The notes beneath the pieces are model-generated. The model was not told where the DNA came from. It searched no databases and was given only the letters and a program-made list of their open reading frames with translations. Below, piece by piece: positions 39,954 to 49,002 of a stretch of DNA of 64,000 bases. Position numbers and translations under genes: made by a program. Within the stretch, counting starts at the first letter, position 1. Every line of letters starts with the position of its first letter. This DNA comes from Sandaracinaceae bacterium (GTDB lineage: Bacteria > Myxococcota_A > Polyangia > Polyangiales > Sandaracinaceae): assembly GCA_044220955.1 (NCBI GenBank), contig JBGAQA010000002.1, forward strand, positions 120,774-184,773, given 5' to 3'.

Positions 39954-41135
39954 ATGCGCATCTTGGCGTTCGCGCTCGGGCTCGGGATCGCGCTCTGTGG
40001 CTGTGGGGGCACGGACGCGCCCCCCAGCGTCGACGCGGCCGCGACCGGGGATGCCGGCCCGGCCGCGGACGGCGGCGCCCGCGACGCCGGGGCCACCGAC
40101 GCGGCATCGACGCCCGTCGGGACCGCGCCCGCGGGGGCCGTTCCGGACGAGCAGCCGGCCACGAGCGGCGAGGTCGCGCTGAGCGTCCCGTCGGAGGGCG
40201 AGCGCGTCGTGCGCATCGAGGCGATGCCGGACGAGCACATCACCTTCTTCGCGACGTTCGCCCCCGCGGACGCGAGCGTCGTGATGGACGTGCTCCGCTG
40301 GGACGGAGCGAGCGCGGCCTCGCTCGCGACGACCGACGCCGGGCGTGGTCTGCGGACGCTCGCGGTGTTCGATCCTTCCGGCCCGCGCACGTTCTGGGCG
40401 CGCGTGCGCTCGATGGAGGCGAGCGCGCTCGACGTGACGCTCACGATCACGCGCGTGCCCTTCGAGGACGCCGCGAGCTGCGGCGCGGACTGCGATCACC
40501 TGCTCCAGCTTCCGCTCACGATCGACGCGCGGGTCGACGGCTACGTGCACACGTCGGGCACGGTGTTTCGCTACCAGTACGGCCGGCGCGACATGGTGAT
40601 GTTCGTGCGCCACGCAGGACACACGATGGCGGCGGCCGGGCTCGCGCCCTTCGCCCCCGAGGATCTCTCGCAGTGGGACGGCATGACGCCGGGCACGGAC
40701 GTGGGCGCGCCGCGGCACGCGTCGCACCAGCGGGGCAAGGACGGCGACTTCTCGCTCTACGGCACCGACGGCCAGGCCACCTGGCGGAGCTTCTGCACGA
40801 CCCAGACGACGGCCGACGGGCGCGAGTGCGTGCCGGGCACCGAGAGCGGCCTCGACGGGCTGGCGACCGCGCGGATGATCGGCGACTTCTTCGCGACGGG
40901 GCGCGTGACGATGTGCTTCCTCGATCAGGAGCTCATCCCCGTCGTGATCGCCGGCGCGCACGACGCCGTCGGGCTCGGGGTGATGGACGCCTCGATCGAG
41001 CCCCTGTTCTCGGACGGCACGCACCTGCAGCACTGGCCGAACCACGACAACCACGTGCACATCCGCGTGTCGGAGGCCGTCGGATCGGCGCTGACGTTCG
41101 GGGAGCTGCCCGCGGAGCCGTTCGAGGCGCCCTGA
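39954..41135 (+). CDS. Lipoprotein with MepA-like (LAS) murein endopeptidase domain
   Basis: Lipobox LCGC; HASHQRGKDGD and HDNHVH Zn motifs. Confidence 0.75.
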   Translation: MRILAFALGLGIALCGCGGTDAPPSVDAAATGDAGPAADGGARDAGATDAASTPVGTAPAGAVPDEQPATSGEVALSVPSEGERVVRIEAMPDEHITFFATFAPADASVVMDVLRWDGASAASLATTDAGRGLRTLAVFDPSGPRTFWARVRSMEASALDVTLTITRVPFEDAASCGADCDHLLQLPLTIDARVDGYVHTSGTVFRYQYGRRDMVMFVRHAGHTMAAAGLAPFAPEDLSQWDGMTPGTDVGAPRHASHQRGKDGDFSLYGTDGQATWRSFCTTQTTADGRECVPGTESGLDGLATARMIGDFFATGRVTMCFLDQELIPVVIAGAHDAVGLGVMDASIEPLFSDGTHLQHWPNHDNHVHIRVSEAVGSALTFGELPAEPFEAP

Positions 41136-41158
41136 GCCTCGCTCTCGCGCTCGCCCGC

Positions 41159-43753
41159 CTACCGGCGCGCGCGCTCGATCGCCACGTCCGGCGCGAGCGC
41201 GTAGCCCGACTCGTCGGTGCGCAGGACGTCGGCCAGGCCCATCTTGCGCAGCGTCGAGATCGCCACCCGGACGCGGTGCGCGCCCGCGTCGGCGCGCATC
41301 TTCTCGCCCGGCCAGCCGGACTCGAGCAGGGCGTCCCAGCCGAGCCCGCCCGAGGCACCGCGCTCGCGCTCGGCGGCGAGGCGATCGAGGATCAAGCGCA
41401 GCGGCTTGCGACGCGAGAGGTCCGTGCGGGCCCCGCCGGGAGCACGGAACCACGACGCCCCCGGGCCGAGCCGCAGCGTGCCGACGTCCTCGGGCGGCGC
41501 GACGGAGGGCGCGCCGGCCGGCACGCGCAGCGCGAGCGCGACCAGGCCCGAGGACGTCTCGGGGGCTTCGCCCGTGCCGGCGAGCATCGCGAGCGCCGTG
41601 TCACGCACGCGCGGCACGAGCGTCGCGCCGAGCGCGCGCTCCTCGTCCTCGGCTCGCGCGCGCCCCGCGCCGCGCGCGAGCCGGACGCGCGCGACCGAGA
41701 AGAGCACCGCGAAGTCGGCGTCCATCGAAGCGAAGCCTGCGCGCGCCTCCGCGAGCCCGGCGCGCGCCTCCCCGCGCTCGCCTGCCTCGGCGCGCGCGAT
41801 GGCGGCCAGGCCCGCGAGCCAGGGCTGGTCCACGTCCAGCGCCGCCTCGCGCGCGATCCGCGCCGCGTCGTCGTGGTCGGCGAGCGAACGCGGCAGCTCC
41901 CCCGCGAGCTGCGCATGCACCGCGCGCAGCGCGCGGAGGAGAGCCTCGCTGCGTGCGTGGCCGAGCGACGCCGCTCTCGCCTCGGCGGCAGCCACCCGCG
42001 CGCCGAGCGCGTCGAGCGCGCCCTCGCGCAGGTCGAGCAGCGCCAGCGCCCGCCCGGCCTCCACCTCGGCGCGGCCGAGCGCGAGCGCCCGGGCCCGTGC
42101 GAGGGACTCCTCGTACGACAGGCGCGCGCCGAGCGGGTCGCCCGCGTGCTCGGCGATCGCCCCCTCGAGCAGCAGCGCGCGCGCGGCGAGGTGCGGATCG
42201 AGCGAGCCGCCGCCGAGCTCGCGGGCCCGCGCGACGGCGGCGGCCGCGCGCGAGGGCTCGCCCAGGGCGATGGCCGACGCCGAGGCGGCGAGCAGCGCGC
42301 GGACCTCGAGGAGCGCGTCGCCCGCGTGGTGCGCGAGCACGAGCGCCTCCGCGAGGTCGCGCTCGGCGCCCGCGCGATCACCGCGCTCCTCTCGTACCTC
42401 CGCGCGCAGGAGCATCGCCCTCGCGATGAGCCGAGGGTCGGCGCCCGAGCCCTGGGCGACGGCGAGACCGCGCTCGAGATCGCGCGCCAGCTCGGCGCTC
42501 GTCCCCTCGGCGAGCAGCGAGGGGCCGACCGCCGAGAGCGCGCGCAGCGCCCGATCCGCGGCGCGGGCGCTCACCACGCCGCGGCCGAGGATCTGCTGCG
42601 CGACGGCGAGGAGGTTCCCGCGCTCCCGCCCGAGCCTCTCGCGCGCGGCCGCCGAGCCGCGCTCCTCGGCCTCGCGCGCCTCCCGCTCGGCGAGCTCGAC
42701 GTAGTAGCTCGCGTGCCGATCGCGCAGCTCGGCCGCCCGCTCCGCGCCGAGGTCGCGCGCGACGAGGTCCCGCACGCTCGAGAGCAAGGACAGGCGCACC
42801 TCGCCGCCGCGCTCGTCCTGCTCCGCCACCACGAGCGAGCGCGCGCGGAGCGACTGCAGGGCATCGAGCACGCCCAGCCCGCCGGGCGCGGCGACGACCG
42901 CCTCGGCCGCGTCGATCGTGAAGCCGCCGTCGAACACGGTCAGCTCCGCGAGCACTCCGCGCAGGGCGGGCTCGAGCAGCTCGAGGGACCAGCCCAGGCT
43001 CGCCTCGAGCGTCGCGTTCCGGTCGCCCCCGCTCCGGCGCAGCACCTCCCAGCGGTTCTCGAGCCGGTAGAGCAGCGCCTCGGGCCCCATCACCGCGAGG
43101 CGCGGCGCCGCGAGCTCGATCGCGAGCGGAATGGCGTCGAGGTGTCCGGCGATGCGCCCGAGCGCCGTGCGCTCGGCCTCGCTCGGCGTGAACGCGCCGC
43201 CGCGGTGGCGCGCGCCGAGCGTCTCGAGCAGCAGGGCGCCGTCGGCGGCAGACAGCGGCGCGACCTCGACGAGCTCCTCGTCCGGCAGCCCGAGTCGCTC
43301 GCGCGACACCACGACGATGGTGAGCTCGGGCGCCTCGTCGAGCCAGCCCGCGAGCACCGGCCGCAGCTCGGTCCACCGATCGAAGGGATCGAGCACGAGC
43401 GCGAGCGCGCCTGCTGCGGCGAGCATGCGCGCCGGCGTCCCGCGCGCGGTGCGTCCCGCCCGCCCCAGCGCGTGAGCCACCGCGTCGAGCAGCCGCTCCT
43501 CGCCGGGCGCCTCACCCAGCTCCACGCTCACGAAGGGCAGCGGCTCCCCGTCGCGCGTCGCCCCGAGCCGGACCACCTCACGCACTAGCGCCGTCTTGCC
43601 CACGCCGAACGCGCCCGTGACCGTGACCAGGCGCGCGCCGGCGTCGAGCTTGCCTCGCAGCGCGTCCACCTCGCGCGCGCGACCGACCAGGCGGCTCTCG
43701 CCCTTGCCTGGCCGGTCGGTACGGGTCTTCGCCATCACCCGGAACTCTCGCAC
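41159..43753 (-). CDS. STAND/NB-ARC-like ATPase with TPR region and C-terminal wHTH-like domain
   Basis: LVGRARE, Walker A GAFGVGKT, LDAIPLAIELAA, SLGWSLELL, FDGGFT, RVRVAISTLRKMGL. Confidence 0.85.
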   Translation of the reverse strand: MREFRVMAKTRTDRPGKGESRLVGRAREVDALRGKLDAGARLVTVTGAFGVGKTALVREVVRLGATRDGEPLPFVSVELGEAPGEERLLDAVAHALGRAGRTARGTPARMLAAAGALALVLDPFDRWTELRPVLAGWLDEAPELTIVVVSRERLGLPDEELVEVAPLSAADGALLLETLGARHRGGAFTPSEAERTALGRIAGHLDAIPLAIELAAPRLAVMGPEALLYRLENRWEVLRRSGGDRNATLEASLGWSLELLEPALRGVLAELTVFDGGFTIDAAEAVVAAPGGLGVLDALQSLRARSLVVAEQDERGGEVRLSLLSSVRDLVARDLGAERAAELRDRHASYYVELAEREAREAEERGSAAARERLGRERGNLLAVAQQILGRGVVSARAADRALRALSAVGPSLLAEGTSAELARDLERGLAVAQGSGADPRLIARAMLLRAEVREERGDRAGAERDLAEALVLAHHAGDALLEVRALLAASASAIALGEPSRAAAAVARARELGGGSLDPHLAARALLLEGAIAEHAGDPLGARLSYEESLARARALALGRAEVEAGRALALLDLREGALDALGARVAAAEARAASLGHARSEALLRALRAVHAQLAGELPRSLADHDDAARIAREAALDVDQPWLAGLAAIARAEAGERGEARAGLAEARAGFASMDADFAVLFSVARVRLARGAGRARAEDEERALGATLVPRVRDTALAMLAGTGEAPETSSGLVALALRVPAGAPSVAPPEDVGTLRLGPGASWFRAPGGARTDLSRRKPLRLILDRLAAERERGASGGLGWDALLESGWPGEKMRADAGAHRVRVAISTLRKMGLADVLRTDESGYALAPDVAIERARR

Positions 43754-43800
43754 GGGTCGGCCTGCGCGATCGATCAGCTCATCATCGCGCCGATGCCCGC
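43677..43800. repeat. 124-bp perfect direct repeat, copy 1
   Basis: Identical to 46497-46620 (offset 2820 bp). Confidence 0.97.
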
Positions 43801-43840
43801 CCGCGAGCGCTCGTCGTCAAGATACGCGTACGATCGAGAC

Positions 43841-43872
43841 TCGCCCCCACGGGGGTACCGCGAATGGGGCGA
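43841..43872. terminator. Hairpin just downstream of the inserted lipoprotein gene
   Basis: tcgcccc...ggggcga stem. Confidence 0.35.
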
Positions 43873-43878
43873 CGCGGA

Positions 43879-46386
43879 CTACGGGATCAGCGTGAAGATC
43901 GCCGTGATCGTCGTGAAGTGGAGCGCCTCGATCGGCGTCCCGGGGGCGTAGGAGATGACGGTGTTGTTGATCAGCTCGGGCGTTCCCGAGGAGTGCAGCG
44001 GTGCGATCCACGTGTACGAGGTCCCGGTCCCCGATCCCGCGAGCGGGAGCATCGTCGTCGCGCCTCGCACGAGCTGCCACGTGCCGCCGGCGTCCCGCTG
44101 GATCTCCCACTGAACGCAGCGCGCCGACAGCGTGCCGAGGTTCATGTCGGCTTGGACGGTGGCGCCGTCGACCATCATGTTCGTGGGACAGGGCCGGTCG
44201 AACGTGGAGCCGGTCCCGCCGCCGGTCGAGCCCGACCACGGGGTTCCGGGAGGCATCACGGGCGTGGCGTCGACGAAGTAGCGGTAGGGCACCGACGTGC
44301 GGTCGACCCGCATCGCCACGCCGGTGCAGTAGGGTGCGAGCTGCCAGATGGGACCGACCTCGCGTCCCCGATAGCCGGCGGTCACGTAGTACGTGGGGCA
44401 CGCGAGAGCCGACGAGCTGTGGCCTGGGACCGGCGTGCCGTAGGTCGGGCTCGTGACGGCGCCGGCTCCGGCCATGTGCAGAGTCGCGGGGCAGCCGTCG
44501 TCGATGCGGCCGTTGCAGTTGTTGTCGAGGCCGTCACAGATCTCGGTACCGACGACGCCGCAGCCGCCGCAGTTGAGCGGATCGGTCGCGAGGTTCACGC
44601 ACCCCGATGTGCAGTAGGTGCGGCCGGCCGGACACGTCGCGGTGAGAGCGGCGCTCTCGATGTGCGCCGCGCTGCCGGTGCGCACGCGAACGCGGGTCAT
44701 GGGCAGTGGGACGACCTCGCTCACGCTGGAGCGGACCTCGAGGGTCCACGGAGCCACGGTCAGATCGCTCGCCGGGATGCCGCAGTGGAGCGCCGCTGCG
44801 TCGATCGCGTGGCGCGCCGGCGCATCGAAGCCGAAGGTGCCGTCGCCGAGATCGACCACCTCGGGCGAGCCGAAGATCACCGGTGCTTCGATGGGCACGG
44901 TCAGGCACGTCACCCGCGCCGTGATGTTCAGCTCGAGCTCGATGTCCGGGATGTCGCCCATCGCCGCGCCGTCGATGACGATGTCGGTGTCGAGGCCCCC
45001 GACGGGCCCGAAGTGGAACGCGGGCGCCGGTTCGGGCGCCGGAGTCGTCGCCGTTCCGGACGGGCCGCTGGTGGTCCACGTGGCGGCCGCCGTCACGTCG
45101 AAGGCCGGGTCGATCACGCTGGTGTAGGTGCCGGTCGTGGCGTCACGCGTCGCCGTCATCGTCGCCGCGCCGTCGGTGGCGCTGATCGTCGTGGGGCCCA
45201 CCGCGATCGGAACCCCTGCGGGGAACGAGGCCATGAAGAACGTCGTGTCCGGGAGCGCCACCGTCGTCGTCGTCATGGGGCTGACGCGCGTGCTCGCGAC
45301 CACGACCGGCGCGTCGCCGCAGACGACGCGCGTGTCCTCGCGTCGGCACGCGATCGTGTCGAGGATGTTCGCCTCGATGGGCGGCTCCTCCACGCACGTC
45401 GAGGACCGCGCGACCTCGATGGTGTGTGGCTGTGGCCCGCTGCCGGTGAGCACGTAGAGGCTCGTGGAGATGAAGAGGGTCGATTCGCCGGCCGCCAGAC
45501 AGCGCCACGTGGGTGCAGGCGAGAGCGGCCAAGTCGAGCCAGGGGCGAGGGCGACGTCGTGCTCGAAGCCCAGGACCTCGGCCCCGTCGGGCGGCAGGTG
45601 CCATCGATAGTCGCGACCGCCCGTCCCGGACAGGGAGGCGATGGGCGGGGTCGAGAGCGTGCGGTAGGTCAGGCTGTGCGGCACTTCTTCCGGCGCGCTG
45701 ACGAGCGCCGTCGCACCGAAGGTCGTGCCCACCGAATGCTCGGTCGCCGGCCAGTCCACGCCGAGGCGACCCGTCTGATACGGCCGCCTGCTCGGGGCAG
45801 TCCACTGGAGGCTGAGGTGGGAGAGGCGCCCGTACGCGAGGAACGTCCCGTCCGCGCGATAGAACGCGTGGGGGCCTTCGTGGTCTTCGATCGGCCCCCC
45901 TGCGGCCGGCCGGGCGTGCAGCTGGACCGTCGAGTAGAGCGGCGGCGTGTCCGACGAGATCAGGCCCGCAGGGACGCTCGGGAACGTGAAGTATCCCCAA
46001 GCGCCGTCCCCGCCGAACGTCAGCCCGTCAGGCTCCACCGCGTACACCGCGCTGATCGGGCCGGTGGCCGCCACGTCCGCAGGGACGTCGGCGGCGGCGA
46101 TGCGCGTGATCGAGATCCTCGTGTCCTCCGCGAGCGCGCCGGGGGACACGTAGATGCGGAAGAGCCCGTCGGAGCTCTCGACGAGGCCGCCGGTGGCCGC
46201 GGGCACGAGCGTGTCGACCGCGGTTCCGGCGTCGCGCGTGCCCGTGTCCACGGTCGTCCCCGTGTCCACCGGGGGGCTCGACGCGTCCCTTCCTCCCGTG
46301 TCGTCCGCGGGCGTGGGACCCGAGCAGCTCGGCACGGCGGCGAACGCGGCGACCATCCCGACGACCCAGACGCGTGTGTGCTTCAT
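43879..46386 (-). CDS. Large multidomain lipoprotein (ZU5-like N-domain, Cys-rich/MopE-related motif, beta-prism-like C-terminus)
   Basis: Lipobox AVPSC; GGLVESSDG...YVSPGAL; CVNLATDPLNCGGCG; EICDGLDNNCNGRIDDG. Confidence 0.75.
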   Translation of the reverse strand: MKHTRVWVVGMVAAFAAVPSCSGPTPADDTGGRDASSPPVDTGTTVDTGTRDAGTAVDTLVPAATGGLVESSDGLFRIYVSPGALAEDTRISITRIAAADVPADVAATGPISAVYAVEPDGLTFGGDGAWGYFTFPSVPAGLISSDTPPLYSTVQLHARPAAGGPIEDHEGPHAFYRADGTFLAYGRLSHLSLQWTAPSRRPYQTGRLGVDWPATEHSVGTTFGATALVSAPEEVPHSLTYRTLSTPPIASLSGTGGRDYRWHLPPDGAEVLGFEHDVALAPGSTWPLSPAPTWRCLAAGESTLFISTSLYVLTGSGPQPHTIEVARSSTCVEEPPIEANILDTIACRREDTRVVCGDAPVVVASTRVSPMTTTTVALPDTTFFMASFPAGVPIAVGPTTISATDGAATMTATRDATTGTYTSVIDPAFDVTAAATWTTSGPSGTATTPAPEPAPAFHFGPVGGLDTDIVIDGAAMGDIPDIELELNITARVTCLTVPIEAPVIFGSPEVVDLGDGTFGFDAPARHAIDAAALHCGIPASDLTVAPWTLEVRSSVSEVVPLPMTRVRVRTGSAAHIESAALTATCPAGRTYCTSGCVNLATDPLNCGGCGVVGTEICDGLDNNCNGRIDDGCPATLHMAGAGAVTSPTYGTPVPGHSSSALACPTYYVTAGYRGREVGPIWQLAPYCTGVAMRVDRTSVPYRYFVDATPVMPPGTPWSGSTGGGTGSTFDRPCPTNMMVDGATVQADMNLGTLSARCVQWEIQRDAGGTWQLVRGATTMLPLAGSGTGTSYTWIAPLHSSGTPELINNTVISYAPGTPIEALHFTTITAIFTLIP

Positions 46387-46496
46387 CTTCGACCTGCAGC
46401 GACGGTACACGGGTTCTCGACCGTACGCTCCTGCGGATCGACCGAATCGGAGCAGCGCCCGTCAGCCGGCGAGCGCGTGCACGAGCGAGTGACGCA

Positions 46497-46620
46497 GCGC
46501 GACCGACCAGGCGGCTCTCGCCCTTGCCTGGCCGGTCGGTACGGGTCTTCGCCATCACCCGGAACTCTCGCACGGGTCGGCCTGCGCGATCGATCAGCTC
46601 ATCATCGCGCCGATGCCCGC
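46497..46620. repeat. 124-bp perfect direct repeat, copy 2
   Basis: Identical to 43677-43800. Confidence 0.97.
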
Positions 46621-47343
46621 GAGCGCCGCGCCCGCCGCCGACGCGGCCGCCCCGCCGACGAGCAGGCGCTTGGCCATCGTCGCCGTCCCGGCGAGCAGCT
46701 CGTCGCGCGACTTCGTCGAGAGCACCAGGGCGGTCCAGTTCGGCGAGCCGATGGCGCCGCCCTCGAGCTTGCCGTTCGCGTAGAGGCGCTCCGGCATGGC
46801 GAGGCAGCGCTCCACGACCTCGAACTCCGCGTGGTCCGGGATCACGGTGAGCCCCACGCGGATGCCCTGCGGGACCGTGAAGCCGCGATCCCCGAACGAG
46901 AGCGGCTTGCCGGTGAAGGCGCTCATGAGGCCCCGGCTCTGCTTCTTCTGGAACGTGGTCTTCGTGCCGAGGTCGCCGCCCTTGCTCGCGTCGACGCGGA
47001 TCGCGCCGCTGCCGTCGTCGAGCGCGAAGGGCGCCGCGACCTTCTCGTCCGTCACGCGGTGCGTCTGCACCGAGTCGCCGACCTTCCACGACGCGGTGAC
47101 GACGACGTCGTAGTAGAGGCAGGGCGTGCCCGTGACGGGCGAGGTCGCGAGCTGCGGAGCGACGACGCGGCCCTCGGTCGAGATCGCGCCCTTGGGGCTC
47201 GCGACGGACGGGCCCTTGGACGCGACGTCGCCGGTCGACGCGAAGGGCGTGTTGGCGATGCGCCCCGCGCGGACCCGCGACACGACGCCGCCGACGAGGG
47301 CCAGAAGACCGATGACCAGTGCGAACGCTCCGATGGCAACCAT
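46594..47343 (-). CDS. GIDE-like two-TM membrane protein
   Basis: N- and C-terminal TM; SPVTGTPCLYY, PFALDDGSGAIRVD. Confidence 0.65.
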   Translation of the reverse strand: MVAIGAFALVIGLLALVGGVVSRVRAGRIANTPFASTGDVASKGPSVASPKGAISTEGRVVAPQLATSPVTGTPCLYYDVVVTASWKVGDSVQTHRVTDEKVAAPFALDDGSGAIRVDASKGGDLGTKTTFQKKQSRGLMSAFTGKPLSFGDRGFTVPQGIRVGLTVIPDHAEFEVVERCLAMPERLYANGKLEGGAIGSPNWTALVLSTKSRDELLAGTATMAKRLLVGGAAASAAGAALAGIGAMMS

Positions 47344-47460
47344 GATGGACTCTCCGAGTGGTTCTGCCCGAGCTCCGTGCCCGAGCGAGCAAGATGTGCG
47401 CGCTGCCTCGCCTCAAGGGTCGTCAAAGCGTGTCAAACGAGTGCTAGGGTCGAGCCGGGC

Positions 47461-48984
47461 GTGCGCGTCGACCTCGAAAAAACAGGGCAGATCGCGCATG
47501 GCGCGCGCGTCACCGGGGGCGTGCTGATCGGCGTCGCGGCGCTCGCCACGATGGTCACGATCGTGGGCACCTCGGGCACCCTCATCACGGTGCTGGGCCC
47601 GACCCAGCGCACGCTCGCGGTGACGGTCTCGGCCGCGACCTGTCTCGGGCTCGCGGGCGTGCTCGTGCCGCTGCTCGGTGTCGCGGGCGCGCTCGTGCTC
47701 ACCGTGCGCACGTTCCGCCGCGCGGCGGCGTTCGAGCTGCTCGGCCGCTCGGTGCTGCGCGACGGCACGCTCGACCGCGCGACCTTCGAGGCGCGGCTCG
47801 GGCCGCGACGCGCCGACGCGACCCTCGCCGACGCCGTCTCCCGCGGCGCGCTCGTCCTCGACGCCGGAGCGGCGGTGGATCCGACGCCGAGCCCGCGGAC
47901 GGTCGTCTCGCCGCTCGCGGTGGCGGAGACCTCGCTCGCGCCGAGCATGCGGCCTCCGCCCGCGCACGCCGCGCTGCCGGACACGCGCACGCCGGGGCGG
48001 AGCGTGCGCCCGCCCCCCGCGCAGCAAGCGCTGCCCGACACGCGCTCGCCGGGGCGGAGCGTGCGCCCGCCGGGCCTCGCGGCGCCCGACACGCGCTCGC
48101 CCGTGGTGGCGCCGCGCTCGCTGCCTCCGTCCGAGCCCATCGCGGATCTGAGCGGCCGGACGATCAAGGGCACGTGGGAGATCGAGCGGCGCCTCGCGAG
48201 CGGCGGCGTCGGCACCGTGTACGTCGCGCGTCACGCGCGGACCGGACGCAGGTACGCGCTCAAGACGCTCCTGCCCGACGAGCAGCTCTCTCCGAACGCG
48301 ATCGCCCGCTTCGAGCGGGAGGCGCGGGCGGCCACGGCGATCGGCCACGCGGGCATCGCCGCCGTCCACGACTTCGACGTGACGCCCGAGGGGGTGCACT
48401 ACCTCGTGATGGACCTGCTCGCCGGCGAGTCGCTCGAGACACGCCTGGCGCGCGTGGGACGGCTGCCCTGGCCCGAGGCGCGTCGCGTGATCCTCGAGGT
48501 GGGCGACGCGCTCGCCGCGGCGCACCGCGCCGGCGTGCTGCACCGCGACGTCAAGCCCTCGAACGTCTTCCTCGCCACGCACGAGGGCTCGCCCGAGCGC
48601 GCGATGCTCGTCGACTTCGGCCTGGCCAAGCCGCTGCGCCCGAGCGTCGGGCACTTCGTGACGCGCACGGGGGCGATCGTGGGGACGGCCCACTACATGG
48701 CGCCCGAGCAGGCGCGCGGCGAGGCGGTGGACGTGCGCACCGACGTGTACGGGCTCGGCGCGCTGCTCTACGAGATGCTCGCGGGCGTACCGCCCTTCCT
48801 CGGCTCGAGCCCCTTCGCGGTGATGGCGATGCTGCTCCAGGAACAGCCGACCCCGCCGAGCGCGCTCACGCCCTCGCTCGGCCCCGCGATCGACGCGCTC
48901 GTCCTGCGCGCGCTGGCCAAGGACCCGGCCGCGCGCTTCGCGGACGTCACGGCGATGACGAGCGCCGTCCTCGCGGCCTCGTAG
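47461..48984 (+). CDS. Membrane-anchored Ser/Thr protein kinase
   Basis: Two N-terminal [32 protein letters not shown]; start uncertain. Confidence 0.9.
   Translation: MRVDLEKTGQIAHGARVTGGVLIGVAALATMVTIVGTSGTLITVLGPTQRTLAVTVSAATCLGLAGVLVPLLGVAGALVLTVRTFRRAAAFELLGRSVLRDGTLDRATFEARLGPRRADATLADAVSRGALVLDAGAAVDPTPSPRTVVSPLAVAETSLAPSMRPPPAHAALPDTRTPGRSVRPPPAQQALPDTRSPGRSVRPPGLAAPDTRSPVVAPRSLPPSEPIADLSGRTIKGTWEIERRLASGGVGTVYVARHARTGRRYALKTLLPDEQLSPNAIARFEREARAATAIGHAGIAAVHDFDVTPEGVHYLVMDLLAGESLETRLARVGRLPWPEARRVILEVGDALAAAHRAGVLHRDVKPSNVFLATHEGSPERAMLVDFGLAKPLRPSVGHFVTRTGAIVGTAHYMAPEQARGEAVDVRTDVYGLGALLYEMLAGVPPFLGSSPFAVMAMLLQEQPTPPSALTPSLGPAIDALVLRALAKDPAARFADVTAMTSAVLAAS
47944..48101 (+). repeat. 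Three ~57-bp tandem units encoding SxRPP...PDTR(S/T)P
   Basis: Units start at 47944, 48001 and 48058. Confidence 0.8.
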
Positions 48985-49002
48985 GGCGTATCATCGCGGA
49001 CG

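Noticed and set aside
38519..43588. Very long ORFs in the track (1689 aa here; also 32974-37023, 48174-52346, 48991-52734, 56294-59422)
   Set aside because: Arg/Ala/Pro-rich shadow frames of recognisable genes; stop codons are rare at this GC content
43677..46620. IS, transposon or prophage call for the repeat-flanked segment
   Set aside because: No transposase, integrase, phage gene or tRNA att site is present, so it is reported as repeats rather than a named mobile element
43864..47460. 1706-aa ORF suggesting a giant kinase
   Set aside because: The upstream ~1200 codons are antisense to two credible minus-strand genes; only the part from about 47461 looks like real protein
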